DNA from: Lentisphaerota bacterium
GTDB taxonomy: Bacteria > Verrucomicrobiota > Kiritimatiellia > RFP12 > UBA1067
DNA length: 64,000 nt
Direction: 5' to 3'
Assembly (NCBI GenBank): GCA_015061665.1
Contig: SUWC01000004.1
Coordinates: 17,275-81,274, forward strand
The notes under the pieces were generated by a model, which worked only from the letters and a program-made list of their open reading frames with translations, was not told where the DNA came from and made no database searches. Positions 31,242 to 38,693 of the stretch are shown piece after piece (position 1 is the stretch's first letter; each line of letters starts with the position of its first letter). The position numbers and the translations under genes were made by a program.

Positions 31242-32180
31242 TCACAACGGCGGAGCAAAGAGCGAAGTCGAGTATAACGCCGTTTCCACAAGCCAGTTCT
31301 CGCGCGGGATTGCGCGATAGTCCGGCGGGGGCGAAACCATGCGCCCGACTTTCTCGCCGTACATGACGCGGAAATCGCACGCAGCCTCCGCGGCGAATCC
31401 GCCGTGTCCGATCTTCATGGCATCTGCGACGGGCGTTCCGGCGGGAACGGCGAACAGAAGCTCGTATTCGCCGACTCCGCCGACGAGCGCCCAGCCCTTC
31501 TCCACGCCGGGCGGAAGCCCCCTCGCGACTTCCGGCGAAACGGCGCGCTCCGCATCCAGCTCAAGCCACATTCCATTATTGACGCGGCGGAAGTTCTCCA
31601 GCGCGTCGAAAAGCCCGCCGCTCGTGTCCGTCGCGAAAAGCGCCGAACTCGGCACGGGTGCACGAAGCTTCGGTTCGGGGAACGTGCGACCAAGAAACAC
31701 AGCCGCGTTCGCCGCGCCGAGCGGACCTGTCGCATACAAATCGAAATCTACGCGCTGCGATGCAACGCGGCGAACGGGCGTTTTGCATGTCGCGAAAACC
31801 GTTGCCGTCCAGCACCACTCCTTCGCCGTGCCGATGTCACCGCCGATGACTTTCGCTCCGTAGTGCGACACCACCTGCTGGACGCCCTGCGCGACGCGCT
31901 CATAGAACCGTTCGTCGTGCGAGTCGTCTATGTTCCACACCTGGACGAGAAAGTCCGGCTTCGCCCCGCATGCGAGGATGTCCGAAATCGCGCCATACGC
32001 CATTACCCTTCCCATGGCCTCCGGCTCAAGGCCGGAGAGGAAATCCTCGCGCTCGGAAAAGGAATCCGTCGAGACGAGCAGATTCGTTCCTCCAAACGGA
32101 ACAATCTCCGCATCCGCCCCAAACGGCCGCGTACCGTGCACGCGGGAGAAGATATCTATCAATGACTGTTCTGACGTCAT
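31242..32180 (-). CDS. AIR-synthase-related (PurM/ThiL/HypE superfamily) protein, ThiL-like
   Basis: 312 aa: ADAEIVPFGGTNLLVSTDSFSEREDF, GAISDILACGAKP, KVIGGD. Confidence 0.7.
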   Translation of the reverse strand: MTSEQSLIDIFSRVHGTRPFGADAEIVPFGGTNLLVSTDSFSEREDFLSGLEPEAMGRVMAYGAISDILACGAKPDFLVQVWNIDDSHDERFYERVAQGVQQVVSHYGAKVIGGDIGTAKEWCWTATVFATCKTPVRRVASQRVDFDLYATGPLGAANAAVFLGRTFPEPKLRAPVPSSALFATDTSGGLFDALENFRRVNNGMWLELDAERAVSPEVARGLPPGVEKGWALVGGVGEYELLFAVPAGTPVADAMKIGHGGFAAEAACDFRVMYGEKVGRMVSPPPDYRAIPRENWLVETALYSTSLFAPPL

Positions 32181-32324
32181 ACTTTCTGTGACAATTGCAA
32201 AACCTCGCGAATTCGGCAGTGCGGGCTGACCCCAGCCCGTCGCGGCGGCGTGAGGACACGCCGCCCTACTTCCGCTACGTACACCTTGAGTTTCCTAGAC
32301 AGCGTACGGGTTTTCATGCGGTAT

Positions 32325-32333
32325 ATCATACCA
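32325..32333 (-). promoter_or_regulatory. Extended -10 box TGGTATGAT, 7 nt upstream of an ATG at 32317
   Basis: Forward atcatacca at 32325-32333. The downstream 46-codon ORF ends in an ATGA overlap with the ThiL-like start. Confidence 0.35.
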
Positions 32334-32472
32334 TCATTCAACCCGACCGTCAATGCAGATTTTACTTTCAAAGTAAAAATTACATATTGAGACAACGCGT
32401 CGACGCCGAGGCCCGAAAGTCGCGCAAAGCGCAAAACTTGCCGCCATGGACTATGCAGAGACGCTTGTCTCG

Positions 32473-32649
32473 TCAAAGTACGATTCGGTTCAGACACAAC
32501 AAGGCATTCGCCTTAGGTTCACCGCCCATGCTTGCTTTCAACAGCCATTCGCGAGCTAGCTCGTCATTCTTCTTTACGCATTCACCCTCGTAATACGCTG
32601 AACCTACAACAAACTGCATCAAAGCGACACAAGAGCCATATCCAACCAT
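32473..32649 (-). pseudogene. Single Sel1-like repeat ORF (58 codons), probably a remnant of a larger Sel1/TPR gene
   Basis: My translation is MVGYGSCVALMQFVVGSAYYEGECVKKNDELAREWLLKASMGGEPKANALLCLNRIVL. The YYEGxGVxKNxxxAxxWxxKAxxxG pattern is Sel1-like. Upstream frames are broken by stops. Confidence 0.3.
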
Positions 32650-32876
32650 CCTGAGACAGCAGTTTTTCGCGCCAAAGGCACGGCCTTTTCAGGTCGCCTG
32701 TCGGTTCAAATGCTGATAGTGCTGTTTGTATGAACACGACCACATTCACACAAACTCCCCAAGCTAAATTACGATGCTCGAACTTGTACATCATTTTGCG
32801 GCTGGCGTATCTGTCACACCCGTGCTCCGTTCAGCAATGAGGTGAGGTGATTTTCATTATTTCTCCTGTATTTGTC

Positions 32877-33644
32877 TTACCACACGAACCCTGGCGCGCC
32901 CGGCTTGGAATGCTTGCTGGTTTTGATCGGATTCTTCGGATGCGCCGCGTTATATTCTCTCACGCGGTCTATCCCGAAGCGTCCCGCGATTTCATCGCCG
33001 CTCATTCCGCCTCGCTTCAGTTCCTCCATCTGACGGAAGTCTGAAGTCTGCGCCAGCGGGAGCTTCTTGCGATTCTTCTCGTACGCCTCGTTTGCTTCAC
33101 GAGCGTTCTTGAATGCGTCCTCGATATCGGCTTTCTTTCCCGGCGTAAGTTCAGGTTCCTTGTGCATTGGAGGCGGTTTCGGCTTCTTGCGACGGGCAGA
33201 CCTTGGCGGCCTTTTTCCCTTTTCAATTGACTCGACGCCGTCCTTCGTCTTATTTTTCCCTTTCCCAAGAACTAGTTCGTATTTCTGGATCAGGAGACGA
33301 TCTTGCATCAGGTCTTTGGCGACGCCCTTCGGCATCATGCGCGGCCATGAAATCTCGTCTGTTGCTCTGTAATATACAATCTGATACTTTGTCCAGCTTT
33401 GAACATCAAGCAGCATCAGGTCGCATATTCCGCTCGTCTCATCGAAGTACGATTCGGTGAGTCCGTAATGGTCGAGCTTGGCGCGATAGCGGCTCTTGAC
33501 ATTCGCCAACGCCCCCGCAATCGCCTCTTCAGCACTTCGCGGATAAGCATTGTTTAGACCATGCGCACTCCCCGCGCAAAGGCATGCGGCAAGCGACAAA
33601 ACCGCCGCCGCAGACCTCACACCTATCTTACACATGTTTTTCAC
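32877..33644 (-). CDS. Hypothetical lipoprotein (Lys/Pro-rich middle)
   Basis: 255 aa with a signal peptide and lipobox-like LSLAAC. GTG at 33644, or ATG at 33635. It starts 13 nt downstream of the preceding gene on the same strand. Confidence 0.6.
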   Translation of the reverse strand: MKNMCKIGVRSAAAVLSLAACLCAGSAHGLNNAYPRSAEEAIAGALANVKSRYRAKLDHYGLTESYFDETSGICDLMLLDVQSWTKYQIVYYRATDEISWPRMMPKGVAKDLMQDRLLIQKYELVLGKGKNKTKDGVESIEKGKRPPRSARRKKPKPPPMHKEPELTPGKKADIEDAFKNAREANEAYEKNRKKLPLAQTSDFRQMEELKRGGMSGDEIAGRFGIDRVREYNAAHPKNPIKTSKHSKPGAPGFVW

Positions 33645-33657
33645 TGCCTCTTATCAC

Positions 33658-34551
33658 TCAGTAAAGTTTCATACGACCCATGCGGTCGTAGATCTGCTCC
33701 GCATCGTGGTGGCGAGAGTCGTCCATCTGTTTCATACGATCGTAAATCTGCTCCGCATCGTGGTGCCGGGAGTCGTCAATCTGTTTCATACGATCGTAAA
33801 CCTGTGACGCATCGTGGTGACGTATGTCGTCATTCTCGACAATACGTGCAAAGCCATGCATCACGACAATGAATATGCAGAACAGAATGGCAGGGCATAT
33901 CCATTGCGTATCAATCTCCTTCCCGCACAGCAGATTCACGGATATGAACCTGAACATCAGGTAATCGACGACAATCCAGATTGTAAAGGCCCAAACAATA
34001 TACCCATAAACGCCAAGGGCTGCTATTTGCAGCCCCATCGGCATCAGCAAGGACAGCGCAATATTGACGAAAATCGGAATCATCCAAGATGAACGCATGT
34101 TAGATGCTGAAAGTTCGGGAAGAAGATTGCCGACGGCAAATCTCTTATAACCCCACCATGCAAGACGCCAAGACATATATATACCGCCTATCCATGCGGC
34201 ATATACTACAATATGCGCCATGCGCTCCGGGAAATCCTTTGGCCAGTCCGCAAACGGCGCGCAACCAATGAGGCTTCCGACAAAACCACCGAGTAATCCC
34301 AAAACGAACGACACAACAAAGACAATCAGCAGTCGCGCAAACCAATACTTCGCCCATGCTTTAAGGCATGCAGATTCAGGCGGGACGTCCACTTGTTCGG
34401 ACGTCTCATTGTCAGGTCTCACCATTTGCGCTCTCGTTTGCCGCGCTCCAGCGACAAACCCTTTGCCGCAAACCTGGCAAGTGACGTACTTGCCAAATTC
34501 GCGCTGTTCTATATCATACTCCGTTCCGCAGTGCGGGCAATTGATGTTCAT
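33658..34551 (-). CDS. Zinc-ribbon polytopic membrane protein with C-terminal His-rich repeats
   Basis: 297 aa with an AAGGAGG SD. The N-terminus MNINCPHCGTEYDI...VTCQVCGKGF carries two CxxC motifs, followed by about 6 hydrophobic spans and 3.6 x 14-aa repeats. Confidence 0.7.
   Translation of the reverse strand: MNINCPHCGTEYDIEQREFGKYVTCQVCGKGFVAGARQTRAQMVRPDNETSEQVDVPPESACLKAWAKYWFARLLIVFVVSFVLGLLGGFVGSLIGCAPFADWPKDFPERMAHIVVYAAWIGGIYMSWRLAWWGYKRFAVGNLLPELSASNMRSSWMIPIFVNIALSLLMPMGLQIAALGVYGYIVWAFTIWIVVDYLMFRFISVNLLCGKEIDTQWICPAILFCIFIVVMHGFARIVENDDIRHHDASQVYDRMKQIDDSRHHDAEQIYDRMKQMDDSRHHDAEQIYDRMGRMKLY
33679..33831 (-). repeat. 42-bp in-frame tandem repeat (about 3.6 copies) encoding DDxRHHDA(E/S)Q(I/V)YDRMKQ(I/M)
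   Basis: The repeated unit ctgtttcatacgatcgtaaatctgctccgcatcgtggtg... is visible in the forward sequence at 33679-33831. Confidence 0.9.
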
Positions 34552-34562
34552 TTGTTTCCTCC

Positions 34563-36938
34563 TTATTGAAGAGCTGTTTCAGCTGGTATATCTTCTGGCT
34601 CAATTCTAATCAACAATTCTTGAGTAAGAGGCGCGACAGTGGATAGGCGTGTTGCCTGTCGTTCTATCGTCTTTTCAAAAAGATTTCGCACATATCTTCC
34701 ATTCCCAAAGTGACTGTCTTTCCTTGACAAGGCCGATGAAACTACAGTATGCAATTTTTCTATCGCGGCCTTCGTCATTTCATACTGATTAGACGTAACA
34801 GATGCCATGTAAATTTCGCACAACTCTTCCTCTGTGTAGTCAGGAAAATTTATGTAGCGATTGAATCGCGATCTCAACCCAGGATTAGCATTGATGAAAC
34901 ACTCCATTTCTCCAGTATAACCAGCAAGGACAACAACGAGTCTATCTCTATCGTCCTCCATCCGTTTAAGCAAAGTATTTATCGCCTCTTTGCCGTAATC
35001 TTCTTTGCCGCCATCTACAAGAGAATATGCCTCATCAATAAACAATACGCCATCTAACGCTTCATCAACAATTTTATTCGTCTTAATTGCAGTCTGCCCA
35101 ACATATTCCCCCACGAGTCCTGAACGATCGGTTTCAACAAGATGGCCCTTCTTCAACACGCCCAACTCCCCAAAAATCCGAGCAAGAATTCGTGCAACGG
35201 ACGTTTTCCCCGTTCCCGGATTTCCTGTGAAAACACAATGACATGAAATATTGGCTACTTTTAGCCCGCTATTTTCTCTGGATTTCTGTATGCGTATGAA
35301 ATTTGAGAGTCTTATAACCTCGTTTTTAACAGAACTCAATCCAATTAATTTATCTAACTCGTCGAAGGCGGAAGTAACGGCGAAATTCTTTATCGAGTTT
35401 GCACATAATCCTGCTGCAGGCGAGTATAAGATTTGACCATCGCTAAATTTCATTAGAGATGCAAGGCAATCGCTTTCCTCGGCAGTGATTTTACCATCAG
35501 CCTTAGCAATGATTGACGCGAGACGATATGTCAGAACAGCATGTCGCCTACAAATATCTTGAGCACATGACGAGAACAGAGTTTGAAATAAAGGCGGCTC
35601 GTTCAACTTGTTGATTATCCCGTGAAGTGAACATATTGTATCCGCAGCCCATATGGAGAGTTCCTCTCGCACTTTACTGTTCTGCAACTCTTTTAATCCG
35701 ACATCATATGCTATCATCTTACACAGCACCAATATGACACCCAATCCTTCCAAGTTGGAATAATCGTCAATCGCATATCCTAACCGCAAGTATGTTTGCA
35801 ACAAATCTTCTATCGCTACATAGAACATTCTGCGATGCTGACATACCAAGCCTTCTATCTCTATCTTGTCGGCGAGATCTATCGCTTTGCTGGCAGACAA
35901 GACCTTGTTGGCATCTTCGTTCTCATCAAGCTCTTTGAAAAAGCTTACCAGTTCATGAGCTGCCCTGTTTATCACCTCAAAATATGCCGGTTCAATCGTA
36001 CTCTTCAGTTCTTTAAGCCGAGAAGGTCGTTTATTTGTTCGTACAAAATTTGGCGGGTCTTCTTCATCCCGTGATAACAATACAGATATCCAGTTGGGAA
36101 TTTTCGCAGAATCCATAAATGACAATGCATTACATATCACGGGCGCCAATACATTTCCAAACTTGTACGTTTTATTTCCATTGGGCGAATCTGTATTTAT
36201 TGTCAATATTATATTATTGGCACTTGCGCTTGAAATCTCTTCTATTGCCGTTTCCATTTCCCTGTGTTCATTTTTAAAACACATCCGATAATCGGTCAAC
36301 AAGAGGTCTCCTTTTTCTTCGCTGTCTCCATGAACGAACGCAGCCTGATCCTGACAATACAACACGCGTTCCTCATCATAGACCCTTATATTTGTTGTAT
36401 TCTCCATCACATGGCATTTGCCACAATTCAACAAATCCTGATACCATTCACCGTACGCATTCAAGAGAGAATGTATTAGCTCTGCCGTTTCACTTGGAAC
36501 AACGCCGTCATTAACAGCGCGTTCAATAAGTTCATGTTCTTCTTTCGCATGATTTTTCGTATCGAAGCCCTGTCTCACATATTTTGCCCCATCGATACGT
36601 TTTAGTAGCCCAATACAGGTGTACATTATATTTCCGTTTCCCCCAACATGTACACTTGCAGTTCCTTGGGTTATTTCAATCCCGTCAGGGCCAATGTAAT
36701 TGACATTAATATCCGATAGCGGTATGTCCGTAATTCCATGAGTGGTGATGTCAAACACCACTCTCTTGTTTGTAATAAAAAACTTCCCAACGGTCTCTGC
36801 TATCGAGCTGTTAGCGTCATAGTAAAACACAAACTCATTGGGCATGCATTTCAGCGGCGCATTTCTGACCGTCCGAAAGGACTCATGTGCCTCAAAGTCA
36901 TTCATCCATTTTTTAAATTCCAATTCTAAGTTATTCAT
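34563..36938 (-). CDS. Multidomain AAA+ ATPase: two PH/GRAM-like modules + TerB-like module + SpoVK/CbbX-type AAA+
   Basis: 791 aa with an AAGGAGG SD. The C-terminus reads LDKLIGLSSVKNEV...FTGNPGTGKTSVAR (Walker A), VLFIDEAYSL (Walker B), NPGLRSRF and GNGRYVRN. The middle carries IAKADGKITAEESDCL (TerB-like). The N-terminus carries GKFFITNKRVVF and GDLLLTDYRMCF. Confidence 0.85.
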   Translation of the reverse strand: MNNLELEFKKWMNDFEAHESFRTVRNAPLKCMPNEFVFYYDANSSIAETVGKFFITNKRVVFDITTHGITDIPLSDINVNYIGPDGIEITQGTASVHVGGNGNIMYTCIGLLKRIDGAKYVRQGFDTKNHAKEEHELIERAVNDGVVPSETAELIHSLLNAYGEWYQDLLNCGKCHVMENTTNIRVYDEERVLYCQDQAAFVHGDSEEKGDLLLTDYRMCFKNEHREMETAIEEISSASANNIILTINTDSPNGNKTYKFGNVLAPVICNALSFMDSAKIPNWISVLLSRDEEDPPNFVRTNKRPSRLKELKSTIEPAYFEVINRAAHELVSFFKELDENEDANKVLSASKAIDLADKIEIEGLVCQHRRMFYVAIEDLLQTYLRLGYAIDDYSNLEGLGVILVLCKMIAYDVGLKELQNSKVREELSIWAADTICSLHGIINKLNEPPLFQTLFSSCAQDICRRHAVLTYRLASIIAKADGKITAEESDCLASLMKFSDGQILYSPAAGLCANSIKNFAVTSAFDELDKLIGLSSVKNEVIRLSNFIRIQKSRENSGLKVANISCHCVFTGNPGTGKTSVARILARIFGELGVLKKGHLVETDRSGLVGEYVGQTAIKTNKIVDEALDGVLFIDEAYSLVDGGKEDYGKEAINTLLKRMEDDRDRLVVVLAGYTGEMECFINANPGLRSRFNRYINFPDYTEEELCEIYMASVTSNQYEMTKAAIEKLHTVVSSALSRKDSHFGNGRYVRNLFEKTIERQATRLSTVAPLTQELLIRIEPEDIPAETALQ

Positions 36939-36999
36939 CCTACTAATCCTCCTTGATTGACTCTCAGTAATGACCGATCTTCATTTTACTAATCGGCGC

Positions 37000-37467
37000 T
37001 TACGACTTACCGATATCTTGATAATGTTGAAGCCCAGCCTTATGTATGCCATAGCTGGCCATGGCACATATAGTAAAAAGAATGACACTTGTCCCTGTAT
37101 TCTCTATAAAGTACTTTCCCACCCAAAAGCCAAGGTATCCCCATGAAACGGAGGCGAGGATACAGAAGAACGCTGACAGCTTAGGGATGCACACACCCAC
37201 AGCTAATAATAATAGAACTGCACCAAAACACCACCATGAACTTGCGGCAAAACCAGCCGCAATAGACAACAACAATATTTCACACCAAACAAAGCCTGCC
37301 ATCTCTTCATTAAGCTTGGCGTCCGTGATGCCTCTGCGGACTGAACTTGACATTGACGCAGGCTTTCCCACAAACACCTTACTACAAGCGCCGCAAATGA
37401 TATTCTGACCGTACAGTGAATCATCAAACGTATTTTCTACCCCGCAATATGGACAATTCAATTTCAT
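37000..37467 (-). CDS. Zinc-ribbon membrane protein (4 TM), paralogous N-terminus to 33658-34551
   Basis: 155 aa: MKLNCPYCGVENTF...IICGACSKVF followed by four hydrophobic spans. It starts 3 nt after the FRG gene stop. Confidence 0.7.
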   Translation of the reverse strand: MKLNCPYCGVENTFDDSLYGQNIICGACSKVFVGKPASMSSSVRRGITDAKLNEEMAGFVWCEILLLSIAAGFAASSWWCFGAVLLLLAVGVCIPKLSAFFCILASVSWGYLGFWVGKYFIENTGTSVILFTICAMASYGIHKAGLQHYQDIGKS

Positions 37468-37470
37468 AGT

Positions 37471-38493
37471 TTACCTCGGCTTTCCATCTTTTAAATCGCA
37501 CAAGTTTTGCCTCTCCCTAAGCCCCAATATTCTGTCGTTGTACCGTACACTCTTCGCTATTCCATCTATATCAGGGTAGATGGTTGCCGCGTTGATGTTC
37601 GCCTGATTAAGCATACGCCACGCATCATCCTCCATTTCAGGATCAAACACAAACTTTATGATCGAACTAGGGAAAAGGATTTCCTCGCAAGGAGTTTTCG
37701 AGACCGACCCCATCCTAACCTCAGGCGGATCGTCGATATCTTTAATCGGCACGTCGAATACCGCTGCAAGATTTTTTGTGAATCCGTCAAATGTGCAAGG
37801 CATCAATTCAATACCTGACTGCGCCATCTGACGCATGTTGAAGCGTGCCTTGTATAGCGGGATGATTCCCATGCCTTTATCGCCATTACCATTGTTTATG
37901 TTTTCTTCCGCCAGTTGCAGCATAAACTTGTGAAAATAATAATTGTCAATCTGTGACTCAATCTCCCACCAGACCTCTTCATCGCCTCGCTTCATCAAAT
38001 CAGAACGCTTTGCGTCCTTCAGATACCTACCTTTCCAGCCGCTTCGTTCTATCAGCATTTTATAGTTGATTGCATATATGGCACGCCCCTCACCCGTCAT
38101 CTTCTCCTCGTACGCAAAGAACAAGGCAACCATTATTGATGTCGTAAAATCCAGAAGCCTTGTTTTAGCTCCATAATGCTGCATGGCCAGAAGCGCGGAA
38201 GTATTCGTTGTCCATCCCTCAAATTCGTGGGCCTTTGCCCTAAAATTGGCAACGGCAAAATGCTCCGCCCTTGGCAATGTGAGCGCAAAAGACTTTACAT
38301 CAGTTTTCATTCCGCGCTTTTCTCGGGCGGTAACAATATCTGCAATATACCTGTCAAGGCCACTATCAAGATGATACGAAACCGACTTATGGCCTCTGAA
38401 AATCCAGCGACCATCACCCATGATCTTCATGACTTTAGTGAAGTCACGCCAATTGTGCAGTTTTATTGTACCTGTCTTCGGTCGTTCAGTCAT
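37471..38493 (-). CDS. FRG-domain protein
   Basis: 340 aa: RWIFRGHKSVSYHLDSGLDR, LLAMQHYGAKTRLLDFTTSIMVALFFA and FNMRQMAQSGIEL match the FRG-domain blocks. Confidence 0.85.
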   Translation of the reverse strand: MTERPKTGTIKLHNWRDFTKVMKIMGDGRWIFRGHKSVSYHLDSGLDRYIADIVTAREKRGMKTDVKSFALTLPRAEHFAVANFRAKAHEFEGWTTNTSALLAMQHYGAKTRLLDFTTSIMVALFFAYEEKMTGEGRAIYAINYKMLIERSGWKGRYLKDAKRSDLMKRGDEEVWWEIESQIDNYYFHKFMLQLAEENINNGNGDKGMGIIPLYKARFNMRQMAQSGIELMPCTFDGFTKNLAAVFDVPIKDIDDPPEVRMGSVSKTPCEEILFPSSIIKFVFDPEMEDDAWRMLNQANINAATIYPDIDGIAKSVRYNDRILGLRERQNLCDLKDGKPR

Positions 38494-38506
38494 AGCTCTT
38501 CCTCTC

Positions 38507-38564
38507 CCGCGCCTACCCTACTGGGAGCCGCCGCTTTGGCGCGGAAAAGGAAAGCGGCGCACCC
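38507..38564. repeat. 58-nt structured repeat, copy 1 (in the divergent region between the FRG operon and the ATPase gene)
   Basis: ccgcgcctaccctactgggagccgccgctttggcgcggaaaaggaaagcggcgcaccc. It is 53/58 identical to 39859-39916. Confidence 0.9.
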
Positions 38565-38613
38565 ATATCGTCCGAAATTTCCAGACAAAAATTGAAAATG
38601 TATCTTCGCCCCA

Positions 38614-38642
38614 TTGACTGGGGACAGCGAATATGATATATT
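38614..38642 (+). promoter_or_regulatory. Sigma70 promoter TTGACT-17 nt-(TGa)TATATT for the 38694 ATPase gene
   Basis: TTGACT at 38614-38619, 17-nt spacer, TATATT at 38637-38642 with TG at -14/-15. Confidence 0.5.
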
Positions 38643-38654
38643 TATCCGTGTAAT

Positions 38655-38673
38655 TTCAACAGTAAATGTTGAA
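38655..38673. promoter_or_regulatory. Perfect 7-bp inverted repeat TTCAACA-5 nt-TGTTGAA between promoter and SD (operator candidate)
   Basis: ttcaaca gtaaa tgttgaa at 38655-38673. Confidence 0.3.
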
Positions 38674-38693
38674 TTTGCAAGAATGGAGGCGGT

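Noticed and set aside
32181-32320. Possible TPP riboswitch upstream of the ThiL-like gene.
   Set aside because: The two GC hairpins are present, but the conserved CUGAGA and ACCUGAUCUGGAUAAUGCCAGCG-type cores of the TPP element are absent.
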